NCBI GenBank assembly: GCA_044356935.1
Contig: JBIKVI010000001.1
Location: 1 to 57,086 of the forward strand
DNA: 57,086 nt
Direction of reading: 5' to 3'
Source: Silvanigrellaceae bacterium
GTDB lineage: Bacteria > Bdellovibrionota_B > Oligoflexia > Silvanigrellales > Silvanigrellaceae
The notes under the pieces were generated by a model, which was not told the DNA's origin, did no database searches, and worked only from the letters and a program-made list of their open reading frames with translations. Made by a program: the position numbers and the translations under genes. Positions 18,471-28,342 of the stretch are shown here, in pieces (within the stretch, counting starts at the first letter, position 1; each line of letters starts with the position of its first letter).

Positions 18471-20309
18471 ATGAAAACAGATGCCGATCGACGTGCGCAC
18501 ACCTTCTATGGGAATGCCATCACGGTGCCCCAGGCGGTCCGGGTCGTCCTGAAAGGGCGCGAGACGAAGCTCCTCGGCATCGTCTCTCTTTTTCTCGTCG
18601 GCACGCTGGTGGATCTCGTGGCCGTCTCGCTGATTGGCGCGTATTCGGTCTATCTCGTTTCAGGTCAGATCGTGTTTCCACGCAGCGTTTCGCTTTTCCT
18701 CGCGCGCCTATGGTCGGGCGCGGGGGAGTTAGACCTGGCGAGTTTCTCCCTCCTCGTCGCCGTCTTCTATGTGTTTCGTTGCGCCGTGGCGGTGGGCATC
18801 CAGAAGGTCATCGTCGATTTCTCCGTCGATCAGCAGATCCATCTCACCCGCAGGTTGATGTCCGCCTTCAACGAGCTCCCTTTCGACGCGGTGCGGCGAG
18901 CGGACTCCGCGAGGACGCTCCAGAACGCCACCGAGAACGCATCCTCGGTCGCCAACAAGTTCGTTTCTCCGCTCTTGCGGCTCGTCTCCGACTTCATGGT
19001 CGTGTGCGCGATCCTCGTGTTCCTTTTCGTCGTGGATTTCCTCGCGACGTCGTTTGTTGCGCTGTGCCTCGGGGTCGCCTCGTTCGCGCTCTCGTGGAAG
19101 CACCGTCGACGCCTTCCGGAGGAGGGCAGGCGTTTCGCGGCGGCCCAGGTCAGCGTCATCAAGACCGTGGACCAGAACATCCGCGGCCTGCGGGAACTCC
19201 GTGTCTTCGGATTGACCGGCAAGTGGAAACGAGCGCTCGAAACCTCCACGGCAGCGATGAAGCATTCGAGCCAGTATTACCTGGTAAGTCTGTCGACCCA
19301 CAAATACTACTTGGAGACGTTCGTCGTCTGCATCCTCGCCGGATTCGCTGTCGTTTCTCGGCAAAGCGCGGATTCGCCCGAGGCGCAGTTGACGGTCCTG
19401 GGAACGTTCGCGGGAGCCGCCTTTCGCCTCCTCCCGAGCATCAACCAGATCATGCACGCCGTGAACAATATCCGCTTCACGCTCAAGCCGTTGAACTCGG
19501 TCGCCATGGAACTGCTTTCCGTGGAGTCTCATTACCGCCTCACCGGGAGTGGCCCGGAAAACGCTTCCTATCACGAGGCGACGAACTTCGAGGCGAAGCC
19601 ATCGGACGCGCCTTTCGTTTCTCTCCGACTGCGCGGCGTTTCCTACACGTTTCCCGAGGCAACCGAAGCGACACTGCGTGATGTTTCCTTCGATCTCGAC
19701 CGGAACGACGTGGTGGGTGTCATCGGCCCATCGGGCTCTGGAAAGTCGACGTTCATCGACCTCCTTCTTGGCCTCGCTCCTTCGTCGTCGGGAGAGGCAA
19801 GGGTCAACGGCGAGAGAGTAACCTTGGAAGGCGAAGAGTGGCGCAGGCGGTGCGCGCTCATCCCTCAGGAAATCTTCATCATAGAAGGGACCTTTCGCGA
19901 GAGCGTCACCCTCCTCGCATCCGTAGACGTCGACGATGCTCGATTGAGCTCAGCACTCCAGGGAGCGCGATTGAACGATGTCGTTTCCCATCTCCCGAGC
20001 GGCCTCGACGCTCGCGTCGCGGAAGGCGGAAAGAACCTTTCCGGCGGCCAGCGGCAACGTATGGGTATCGCACGCGCCCTCTACTTCGGACGCGAAATCG
20101 TGCTCATGGATGAACCAACATCGGCATTAGATGAATCGACCGAAAAAGACATCATCGAGTACCTCGCCTCGCTGAGAGGCACGACAACTCTGGTCATCGT
20201 TACCCACCGCAAATCCCTTCTTTCGCTTTGCAACAAGGTCTACGAGTTGAGCGAGGGTTGCCTCAAACCGGTAGCGGATGCCGCGGGAAGAAACGCCGCG
20301 ACTCCCTGA
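18471..20309 (+). CDS. Fused TMD-NBD ABC exporter (MsbA/PglK-like candidate lipid-linked glycan flippase)
   Basis: N-terminal 6-helix region, Walker A GPSGSGKST, signature LSGGQRQRMGIARAL, Walker B IVLMDEPTSALD. ATG 18471. Confidence 0.9.
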   Translation: MKTDADRRAHTFYGNAITVPQAVRVVLKGRETKLLGIVSLFLVGTLVDLVAVSLIGAYSVYLVSGQIVFPRSVSLFLARLWSGAGELDLASFSLLVAVFYVFRCAVAVGIQKVIVDFSVDQQIHLTRRLMSAFNELPFDAVRRADSARTLQNATENASSVANKFVSPLLRLVSDFMVVCAILVFLFVVDFLATSFVALCLGVASFALSWKHRRRLPEEGRRFAAAQVSVIKTVDQNIRGLRELRVFGLTGKWKRALETSTAAMKHSSQYYLVSLSTHKYYLETFVVCILAGFAVVSRQSADSPEAQLTVLGTFAGAAFRLLPSINQIMHAVNNIRFTLKPLNSVAMELLSVESHYRLTGSGPENASYHEATNFEAKPSDAPFVSLRLRGVSYTFPEATEATLRDVSFDLDRNDVVGVIGPSGSGKSTFIDLLLGLAPSSSGEARVNGERVTLEGEEWRRRCALIPQEIFIIEGTFRESVTLLASVDVDDARLSSALQGARLNDVVSHLPSGLDARVAEGGKNLSGGQRQRMGIARALYFGREIVLMDEPTSALDESTEKDIIEYLASLRGTTTLVIVTHRKSLLSLCNKVYELSEGCLKPVADAAGRNAATP

Positions 20310-21658
20310 GCGAACTCCCGCACCGTGGCATCCGCCAGGAGGTCGGGCGCCACGTAGGGTCGGCCGGCCACAGCTTTCCGAGCTATAGCGATGGCGTCAG
20401 CGCGGAACTTTTCGTGGAGACCATCACGGGTCGCCTTTGCCATGCATGCACCTATTTGGCGGATGTCGTCGACCGCGACGACAGAATGGAAATCGCGAAA
20501 ATAGGGTCTGCCCAGAACGACGGTCGGAGTGCCGTGCACGAGGGAATCGATTCCCGCGGTGGATGCGACCGTGACCGTGCATGTGAACTTTGAAAAGTAA
20601 GGGCGTATCGAGAGCCAGCCAGGCAGGATGCGCAGTTTCTTGTTGTCCTGTCTGGCGGACGCCCACTCGCTCGAGAGAAGCGCTCCGGCCTGTTGCGGGT
20701 GTTCCTTCACCCAAAGCCTCGCTCCGGTAGGCAACGATGCCGCGATCATGCGGACCGCCTCCTGTTGGCTCTCGTATTCGTATCCGCAATAGGAAAGGGC
20801 GGCTTCGGGAACGAGATGAAGCGGGAAGAAAACATCGCCTGATTGAATATCCGCCGGATCGTCGAACTCCGTCACCGTGGAACGGAAACGCCAGACCGCG
20901 TTTCGAACGTGCCCGAGCTTGTCACCTTGCGCGATGTAGTCGCCCGAGTCGCGCCCTCTATCGGTTGCCCAAGCCTTGCACGTCGCGGCCAGAGCTCGCC
21001 CCACACGATAGGTCTCCCGCGAAACCGACGGGCGCCCAAAAAAAGACTTCACGTACGCCAGATCGACGCGTCCTTTGCGGACCTCCGAAAGATACGCATC
21101 CACGAGCCTGGCGGCTTCCGCCTCGTCGTACTGCGGGCGTTCGGGAACGACGACGTGGGAGGCGTCGATTCCGTCGACCATGACGAAGTGGCTGGGAAGA
21201 AACAGCGCGACGCAAAAGAGCGGGCGGGCGCCCTGCTTGCGAGCGAAATACAGGAGGACGTGGGCAGGGAACTGAGCGACGCACTCGTTGAGGACGTGCG
21301 TGATACGATGTTTCGAGAAGATGTCCTCGATGCATCGAAAAATGCGCCCGGCGATGACGGCGGCTTCGTGGGGAGGTCGCTTTCGCAGGAAGCGGTCGGC
21401 AAGAATGGGATCGTAAGGGAAATCCGTGACCGCGCCAAAGTCGTCAGGCAGCTCGAAGGCAGCCTCGGAAACTAGTTCCGCGGTCGATAAGATGCAGAAG
21501 TCCGCGAGAACGTAAACCGCACCCGATGACACGGATCGCACACGTGCGGCCTCGTCGCGGTTCATCACCAGATGCACGGTCTCCTCGACCGGAAAGTGAC
21601 GTTCCGCGCGCGAGAAGAGATCGGCCTGAAAATCACGGGAGAAACACAAGAGCGCCAT
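20240..21658 (-). CDS. KpsS/KpsC-like 'capsule polysaccharide biosynthesis protein' type GT-B enzyme (candidate CMP-ulosonic-acid transferase)
   Basis: C-terminal half FPLHLVPEAAL...LWVKEHPQQ...VTVASTAGIDSLVHGTPTVVLGRPYF resembles the PF05159-type pattern. Assignment from memory only. Confidence 0.55.
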   Translation of the reverse strand: MALLCFSRDFQADLFSRAERHFPVEETVHLVMNRDEAARVRSVSSGAVYVLADFCILSTAELVSEAAFELPDDFGAVTDFPYDPILADRFLRKRPPHEAAVIAGRIFRCIEDIFSKHRITHVLNECVAQFPAHVLLYFARKQGARPLFCVALFLPSHFVMVDGIDASHVVVPERPQYDEAEAARLVDAYLSEVRKGRVDLAYVKSFFGRPSVSRETYRVGRALAATCKAWATDRGRDSGDYIAQGDKLGHVRNAVWRFRSTVTEFDDPADIQSGDVFFPLHLVPEAALSYCGYEYESQQEAVRMIAASLPTGARLWVKEHPQQAGALLSSEWASARQDNKKLRILPGWLSIRPYFSKFTCTVTVASTAGIDSLVHGTPTVVLGRPYFRDFHSVVAVDDIRQIGACMAKATRDGLHEKFRADAIAIARKAVAGRPYVAPDLLADATVREFAQGVAAFLPAASATGLRQPSLNS

Positions 21659-21670
21659 ATGTGATGTTCC

Positions 21671-23116
21671 TCAGAACCCGTGCTCCACCGAGCAAGATCC
21701 GGATTCGGTTTCGGTGGCCGTGTAGACCGTCAGTCCCGGATAATCGGAGAAGATGGAATAATAGCCCGGTCGTTCCCCCAACCGCTCCCCCACGTCGCCC
21801 CAGATGTCGTCGAGCGGAAGGCCATTCTCCAACTCGGGAAGCCGCGCGAGCGGCAGCGTGGCCTTCAAGGGCGAGCTGTGGATCGCAGAATGCAAAGAGA
21901 AGGTGGCAATGGCGTCCGATTCCGGGGGCCCGTAGACCGCAGGAAGCGCGTGGACGACGAGTCGAGAGCGACGCCCCGGAATCCAATGCAGGGGACCCCA
22001 CCACAGCCGCTTTGGCGGCTGTTCCGCATTGATGACCCCAAGAGACATTTCGCTGGGAACCCGACCCGCGGCACCCCGCACGGAAAGTCCCGTCACAATG
22101 CGGCTCGGCAGGGCACCATCGAGCCTTCGGAACTCAATCAGGCCCTCGCCAAAAGGAAGTTCGAATCCCTCACCGTTTCGAAAGCGCCTGGAACCCGTGC
22201 TCCACTTCATTTCGTAGCTGCCCGGATGGCAATCGGGATAAACGATGACTGCCTTGTCGTCGCGACCCAATGCAGGGACGTGCATGAAGCATCGATCGAG
22301 AGTGACAGGAAGCAGGTTCGTTTCGTGCGCGGCATAGTTGAAGTTCGAATGCGTCACTTGTAGCTCATGGCCATCGACCGATTCGTGACCGATGAGCATT
22401 CGCGTAAAGCCTTCCGCAAGCGCGAAGGAAATCGTGGCGAACCCGATGGAACCCTCGAGCCGTCGAACGAGGTCGGGAAAGAGGGCTGAAGGCACGATCT
22501 TCACGGACTCGTAAGGGCGCAGCGCGGGGAGGGCGAAATCCACTTGAGCCAGGGGTCGTTCCTCCGCCGAGCGGCGAATCGAGAGCCTGGCCAGCTGCGG
22601 TTCGACAGCGCGGGGGCCATTATGGATAATGGCGAATGAACGCAACGTCGAAGCGTCGCGCAGAGTCCAACAGCCTTCTTCTCCGACGTCGAGGGTAAGC
22701 CCATCTTCCACTTCGTGCCTCGAGTAGGCACGTGCGTAACTGTGCACCATGGAGTGACTGTTGGGACTTTCATAGTGGGCCACGACTGCGGCATAGGGAA
22801 TCACCATGTTACGCGTCGCAAAAACCTCGATCTCGACGCTGCCTTCGGAATCGCCCCCCAAACGCGGCTCAAAATTGATGACTTCGACGTCTCCGAACTC
22901 CAGCGACTCGCGCGACAGGAGTTCGCCGGAACAACGGCGGGTTGAAGCCACGATGGCCACATCGAGTCCTCGTTTGAGCTTCCAGTAATTGAGCAAGGAA
23001 ACCACGGTTCGCGTGTGGCCATCGTTCCTGACGTAGAATATCCCGGAGGAGCGCAACACCATTCCGAATCGCGCGGCGAAATTGTCCCGCTGATCGATCT
23101 TCCTACCCTGGGCCAC
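21671..23116 (-). CDS. Hypothetical soluble protein (481 aa), no recognisable family
   Basis: Long ORF in operon context with non-shadow amino-acid composition and no TM segments. GTG start. Confidence 0.6.
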   Translation of the reverse strand: MAQGRKIDQRDNFAARFGMVLRSSGIFYVRNDGHTRTVVSLLNYWKLKRGLDVAIVASTRRCSGELLSRESLEFGDVEVINFEPRLGGDSEGSVEIEVFATRNMVIPYAAVVAHYESPNSHSMVHSYARAYSRHEVEDGLTLDVGEEGCWTLRDASTLRSFAIIHNGPRAVEPQLARLSIRRSAEERPLAQVDFALPALRPYESVKIVPSALFPDLVRRLEGSIGFATISFALAEGFTRMLIGHESVDGHELQVTHSNFNYAAHETNLLPVTLDRCFMHVPALGRDDKAVIVYPDCHPGSYEMKWSTGSRRFRNGEGFELPFGEGLIEFRRLDGALPSRIVTGLSVRGAAGRVPSEMSLGVINAEQPPKRLWWGPLHWIPGRRSRLVVHALPAVYGPPESDAIATFSLHSAIHSSPLKATLPLARLPELENGLPLDDIWGDVGERLGERPGYYSIFSDYPGLTVYTATETESGSCSVEHGF

Positions 23117-23164
23117 AATCTGACTCCTCGATGCGAGTTAGCTGCACTTCTTGGGGATCGATGC

Positions 23165-24211
23165 TCAGGACTTCTTCGCGACCACCAAGAATTCCGTCGC
23201 TTCCACAAGGCCCTTCCGACAGAGATGGCCATCGAAGTCGCGCAGGAAACGCGCCAGCTTCGCGTTCGTGTCCGCATCGTAGCGCAGGCCCCCGATGATT
23301 TCATGGAAAAAGGAGTAACGTTTCTCTTCTTCCAGAACCTCGAAACCCTGCGATAGGGCGACCATGATCTCCGCGTAGCCGGCCTCGTTGTCGTTCACCG
23401 ACTGCAGTTTGTCGCCGTCCTCTGACTCGTACTTCATCTTGAGGAACTCGGCCTCGAGTCGCGACTCGATGGCTTCTTTGTTTTCCGGAATAGCCACCTC
23501 GGTGTAGAAATTCGAGCCCGCCGAAGCGAGGACTTTGCAAAGGAACAACATGCTCGAGGCCAGGGGAGTGACCTTGTCGCGGACGGGTTCGTGGCCCAGT
23601 ATGATGCCCCCCTGCCGCAACAGCTGTCGACAACGCGCCACGACGCCGGCCTGATCGGGAAAGTGGTGCATCGAACCCAGGAACACGACCGCGTCGAACT
23701 GTCCGTGCTCGAGCTCAGGACTGGAGAAGAAATCGGCGCACATGTACCGCAGCGGTGCGCGTTCGGCCTTCCACGGGTCCTCGTCGGCGAAACGCTGCGC
23801 GACCCGGATCGCGGAAGGGGCGAGGTCGAGGCCGATGACCGCGTAACCCGACCGGGCAAGCTCCAGGGCAAGGTAACCGGGGCCGCAACCGACCTCTAGG
23901 ATTCGGCACTCCCTGCGTGTCCTACCCACGTGGCGATCGAGAGCGGCCAGGATCCTCTCGACTTGTTCGCCGAAGTCGACGCGAGCCGTTTCCGGATCTC
24001 TCCAGGGATTATTGAAGAAATAGGTGCAGGGCTCCAGCCGACGGAGGTCAGGGATGTGCCCATGGGCCACCCTTTCTTCGATCTGCGAGTCGAAGGCGGC
24101 CGCTTCCAGACGCAGCCGTGTGGCAGGGTCGATGTCCCTATCGTGATCCACGAGATCCTCCCGATGGCGCTCGCGCGCCGATGATACCCAAGATGCGGTC
24201 AGTGACCGCAA
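23165..24211 (-). CDS. Class I SAM-dependent methyltransferase
   Basis: Motif I ILEVGCGPGYLALELARSGYAVIGLDL, with downstream FDAVVFLGSMHHF. Confidence 0.8.
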   Translation of the reverse strand: MRSLTASWVSSARERHREDLVDHDRDIDPATRLRLEAAAFDSQIEERVAHGHIPDLRRLEPCTYFFNNPWRDPETARVDFGEQVERILAALDRHVGRTRRECRILEVGCGPGYLALELARSGYAVIGLDLAPSAIRVAQRFADEDPWKAERAPLRYMCADFFSSPELEHGQFDAVVFLGSMHHFPDQAGVVARCRQLLRQGGIILGHEPVRDKVTPLASSMLFLCKVLASAGSNFYTEVAIPENKEAIESRLEAEFLKMKYESEDGDKLQSVNDNEAGYAEIMVALSQGFEVLEEEKRYSFFHEIIGGLRYDADTNAKLARFLRDFDGHLCRKGLVEATEFLVVAKKS

Positions 24212-24237
24212 AATCTACCTCCTCGCGAGAGGCAGGG

Positions 24238-25566
24238 TCAAGATCGCTCCCGTGTGAACCACACCGCGAGCCAGACGCGAGCGAACGCGAACGCGAAAAT
24301 AGGATAGGACGTCAGGTAGTGCATGGCCTGCATGCCGACGATGAGGCCGGGCAGGAGTATCAGGGAACGGTGGACTCGCGCTTGGCGTACCTTATCCCAA
24401 CTCCGGTAACGTGCGATCCGGCGCAGTGTGAGATGAACGGCGCCCACGAAAATCGCCAATCCAAGAACCCCGAGTTCGCTGGCCATGGAGCCAGGAAAGG
24501 AGAGATGGCCGAGGGGGCAGGTTTGTTCGAACGGCGAGACGTTGAGCGCGTCGAAAAGACCCGGACCCAGGAGATCGCAGGAGGGTTGCTGGCCGGCGCC
24601 CACAAGAATCTGCCACCCCGGCAGGTTCCAGAACATCACTCCCCCCAGCATGCGCCCGAGGATGCTCACAGATGCTTCGGGCAAACTCCCGACGCTCATC
24701 GAAAGCGCAGCCAACCGATGGGCAACGAGGAGATAGGAACCGAAGAAGGCCACGACCAATGCGGAAAGGAATCGCCAGCTCCGGTATCGCCCCGCGAAGA
24801 GAAGGAGGACGTAGACAGGTAGGAAAATGAAACTCACTTTCGAAAACGACAGCAGCTGGCCCGTGAAAGCGGCGAACCATCCCACCGAAAAGGGCCGAAA
24901 GGCCACCAATGCGACGAAACTGATCGCAGCGAGATGCCCGGGTTCGAAAGCCCCTCCACCGACGCGGGAGAACCCAGCCAAGAGATAGTTGTCACCGAAA
25001 GAATGGCCCGCGCTTCCCTCGATTCCCACCGTGAGCCACGAAGTCACGTGGACAACCAGCCGTTTGGGATCGATCCAGTCGGAACCGAGGAAATTGGTTT
25101 CTATAGACTGCAGACACGCAAAAGAGATCATCGCAAGGAAACCCCAAACGAACGTCCGTTCGCCGAAGTGACGCAATCCTTCGCGGAAATAGAAGGCGAT
25201 GAAAACGAACCCCAGGGTCTTCGCGCCCTGCGGGATCCCCTTGGGTCCGCCGAGAACCAGGATGATCAGAACGCCGACGACAAGGAGGCGCCCCCAGCTG
25301 AACCTCAACTGTCCCAGCCGTGCGTTGACGCCCCGCACGAAGTTCGCGTCAAGCAAGACGCAAAGGAAACTGAGATAAAGGCTTAGGCTGTGGACCGATA
25401 GACCAAGCACATTCCAGGATGCGAAGAAGGCGGCGCAGGAGAACAGGATCCGATTTGGCCTCGGCAACGCCCGATTCGAAGCCTTGAACCCTTCGGAGAA
25501 CGCGATTCCGCGATCGGTCGCCATAGCGGAGGTCAAGTGTAGTGCTCCTCGATCTTTCGAAGCCAT
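24238..25566 (-). CDS. Polytopic membrane protein, Wzy-like O-antigen polymerase candidate
   Basis: At least 10 hydrophobic helices, a large loop, no other motif, and glycan operon context. Start ambiguous (25566 or 25524). Confidence 0.5.
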   Translation of the reverse strand: MASKDRGALHLTSAMATDRGIAFSEGFKASNRALPRPNRILFSCAAFFASWNVLGLSVHSLSLYLSFLCVLLDANFVRGVNARLGQLRFSWGRLLVVGVLIILVLGGPKGIPQGAKTLGFVFIAFYFREGLRHFGERTFVWGFLAMISFACLQSIETNFLGSDWIDPKRLVVHVTSWLTVGIEGSAGHSFGDNYLLAGFSRVGGGAFEPGHLAAISFVALVAFRPFSVGWFAAFTGQLLSFSKVSFIFLPVYVLLLFAGRYRSWRFLSALVVAFFGSYLLVAHRLAALSMSVGSLPEASVSILGRMLGGVMFWNLPGWQILVGAGQQPSCDLLGPGLFDALNVSPFEQTCPLGHLSFPGSMASELGVLGLAIFVGAVHLTLRRIARYRSWDKVRQARVHRSLILLPGLIVGMQAMHYLTSYPIFAFAFARVWLAVWFTRERS

Positions 25567-26579
25567 GCCGCGATCGACGCGCTCCCATTCGTCCAGTGGC
25601 CCACGAGCCGTTTGGCTTCGGCTATGACCTGGTCGAAGGGCTTGAGGTTCCCTTGCGCCGCCGTGCTCAAATTCTCTTTCAACTCATCAACGTCTCGAAG
25701 AACCACGACGGAGGACCTCACCTCCTCATCGCCGTAGAGGGAAGGCGTGGGGAAAAACGTGACTATTGGGATGCCGGCGTCGATCATCTCGATGCAGCGT
25801 ATGGTGGCGCCCGTTTGAACGTGCTGCGGCAGATCGATGACGACCCGCGAGGACGCTTGAACGCGAAGGACATCGCAGAAGGGGAGAGATTCCAGGGCCC
25901 AATAGGAATCACGACCGATTAGCAACCTCGCGACCCCTCGTTTCCATGAAGACCCAAAGGGGGTGACGAAGCGGTACGTTGCGCCGACAGCGCGAAAGAC
26001 CTTGCGAAGCCTGCGGAGAAGCAGCAGACGCTCGATGCTCCCCGACCCAACGTAACTCGCATCCCATTGGGCCGGCTCGAGCGGCACGAGGTAAGACCCG
26101 CTAGAGAAAAGGCGCAAATACGCCCAACTTTGACTCAAGGCGTCCTGCTCGTCGAATGTGACTGTGACGAGCGGTAACCCGGACCGGGGCGCCAAACGCC
26201 CTTTCATGTTCTCGAGCGAATCCCATAGATACAAGACGTCGCGTGCTTCCGGATTCTTCTTGAGACGGAGAATCTCGCCCCCCGCGAGAGGCCCGACTCC
26301 CACCCCTCGAATGATGAGTATGCGATCGAAAGTCCTCCCATCCCTGCCCACCAGATCATCGCGAAGACGCCTATCCATGGCGTCGAGCCGCAACTTGCGA
26401 AGAACCGGCCCGATGAACGGGACGGACTCGAATCGACCGAGAATTAATCGCGTGAAACGATGGTTCCCCGGATACTCATCCGTAAGAACGACGTCGACCT
26501 CGTCTCCTCGCGCCTCGAGAGCGGCGCGGATGCGGTCTGAGTATCCATAAAAGGGAACCGCTACGAGTAGCCAGCGCAT
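25533..26579 (-). CDS. Hypothetical protein, possibly a Rossmann-like glycosyl/phospho-transferase
   Basis: 348-aa ORF with beta-alpha style N-terminus MRWLLVAVPFYGYSDRI. No family recognised. Confidence 0.5.
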   Translation of the reverse strand: MRWLLVAVPFYGYSDRIRAALEARGDEVDVVLTDEYPGNHRFTRLILGRFESVPFIGPVLRKLRLDAMDRRLRDDLVGRDGRTFDRILIIRGVGVGPLAGGEILRLKKNPEARDVLYLWDSLENMKGRLAPRSGLPLVTVTFDEQDALSQSWAYLRLFSSGSYLVPLEPAQWDASYVGSGSIERLLLLRRLRKVFRAVGATYRFVTPFGSSWKRGVARLLIGRDSYWALESLPFCDVLRVQASSRVVIDLPQHVQTGATIRCIEMIDAGIPIVTFFPTPSLYGDEEVRSSVVVLRDVDELKENLSTAAQGNLKPFDQVIAEAKRLVGHWTNGSASIAAWLRKIEEHYT

Positions 26580-26585
26580 TGAGCC

Positions 26586-27152
26586 TCAGCTCCTGATGAG
26601 GCGAGCGGGGATGCCGCCCACGATGGAGTGGGCGGCGACGTCTTTGGTGACGACGGCGTTGGCGGCGATTATCGCGCCTCTTCCTATCCTCACCCCTGGA
26701 AGGATGCAGCACCCTTCGCCCAACCAGGCTCCGTCCTCGATTTCCACGGGTCCGGAGGATTCCAGGGGACGCAGATTGGGATGCACCCCGGACCTCGTGT
26801 CGAGTCCGTGGTTGCAGTCGGTGATGAACACCCTGTCCGCGATCAGCACGTTTCGGCCAATCGAAACACGCCGGGCGGCGACGATGTGGCAGTCATGTCC
26901 CAAGAGGCTGTTGTCGCCTATCTCGATCCGTCCCCGGGGAGCATCCGGACCCAAAGGGACACAAAGCAGGTACGAACGCTTCCTCAGATAGACCCGTTCG
27001 CCAATCGTGAGAAACCGAGACCCGACGATGGTGTTCGGAAATCCGACAATCGACCGAAATCCGACGCGTGCGAACACCCTGGAGAACAGGCGCGTCAACG
27101 CCCAGTCGAAGATCCTGTCGACTTTGCCGATGAAAGCGAACACGTCCATCAA
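26586..27152 (-). CDS. Hexapeptide-repeat (LbH) O-acetyltransferase, WbbJ/WcaF/maltose-acetyltransferase-like
   Basis: IGDNSLLGHDCHIVAARRVSIGRNVLIADRVFITDCNHG ... VEIEDGAWLGEGCCILPGVRIGRGAIIAANAVV. Confidence 0.85.
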   Translation of the reverse strand: MMDVFAFIGKVDRIFDWALTRLFSRVFARVGFRSIVGFPNTIVGSRFLTIGERVYLRKRSYLLCVPLGPDAPRGRIEIGDNSLLGHDCHIVAARRVSIGRNVLIADRVFITDCNHGLDTRSGVHPNLRPLESSGPVEIEDGAWLGEGCCILPGVRIGRGAIIAANAVVTKDVAAHSIVGGIPARLIRS

Positions 27153-28282
27153 TCAGACCCCTGAGGCGTCGGCCAGAGCCCTATCGCCATGAGATGTGCT
27201 TCGAGAATCGAAGTGGTTTCGACAGGTAGGCCGCGATACCTACGAGGATCAATCGAGGCGGCGACGAGGGTCCGCGCAAAAGACTTCTCGAATCCTTCAG
27301 GTCCCACTTCGACTCCCGACATCGGGTTTCCGGCGAGCTCCATCGATGTCGGAAAAGGGTAAGCCACAATGGGTGCGCGTGACGTGACGGCTTCGATGAC
27401 GGGCAGGCCCAGCGACTCGAAAGAGGAGAAGAACGCGAGTCCGTATCCTTGAGCGAAACAATCGGCAATGGCCTCCGGTGGCATCCATCCCCTATTCACG
27501 ACGATGTCGCCCAGTCCGGCTCGCTCAAGTTCGTCGAGGAACGCCTTCTCCCCTGGCCGTTCGCCTTTGAGCGTGATGTGGATCCTCAACCGGGCTCCCG
27601 ACGCGCGCAGCTCCCTTGCGATTCCAATGAGCGCGGTGTGATTCTTGTGGGGCTCGAAGGCCGCGGGGTAGATCCAGTTCGAGACTCGATCATCCACCTG
27701 CGGCAACACGGGACTCGCGACCGATCCGGGACCAGCGTGCCGCGGAAGCTTCATCACCTTAACGAACGGGAAGCGCAACTCTGTACGTGATTTCATAAAG
27801 TCGGTTTGAACGACAAACGCAAGACGGGAACCTGCGAACCAAGTCAGGGCCCTCAACAATCCCCGGCGCGCGACCACATCGCGCAAGACGAAACGTGCAC
27901 CCGGGGATTTGGCGAAGTAACGAGGGTATGCAACGAGGTACGGGTTGTGTATCAGCACGAACTCATCGATGCGTGCGCGCTCCGATGCGCGAAGCAAAAG
28001 CGGAAAATTGGTAAAATTCAAAACGCGGACGCGGCCGCTTGACTTCCTGAAGAAGGAGCCGCGCGCGAAAGGGGCGAGGAACGCAAGGGTCCATGGGGGA
28101 CGAAGCTTCTGCTCCTCCATTCTATCCGACAAGGGGAACTTGATGTTTCCACGATGAATCACGGTCGTGGCCATCTCCAGGCCTGACGCCGCGAGCTCCT
28201 CGAGAAACCGTTCGCACAGGCGCGCACCGCCTCCAGTCAAATTGTCGGCAACAACGAAGAGGCGCATCCCTGGCATCGGCAC
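27149..28282 (-). CDS. GT-B glycosyltransferase, family 1 (GT4-like)
   Basis: EX7E region FSSFESLGLPVIEAV. The stop overlaps the downstream start. Alternative start at 28267. Confidence 0.8.
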   Translation of the reverse strand: MPMPGMRLFVVADNLTGGGARLCERFLEELAASGLEMATTVIHRGNIKFPLSDRMEEQKLRPPWTLAFLAPFARGSFFRKSSGRVRVLNFTNFPLLLRASERARIDEFVLIHNPYLVAYPRYFAKSPGARFVLRDVVARRGLLRALTWFAGSRLAFVVQTDFMKSRTELRFPFVKVMKLPRHAGPGSVASPVLPQVDDRVSNWIYPAAFEPHKNHTALIGIARELRASGARLRIHITLKGERPGEKAFLDELERAGLGDIVVNRGWMPPEAIADCFAQGYGLAFFSSFESLGLPVIEAVTSRAPIVAYPFPTSMELAGNPMSGVEVGPEGFEKSFARTLVAASIDPRRYRGLPVETTSILEAHLMAIGLWPTPQGSD

Positions 28283-28342
28283 TCGACCTTTCGAAACAAA
28301 AGACCCAGCAGACGAGTCCGCCTGTCAAAACGCCACACGCGA

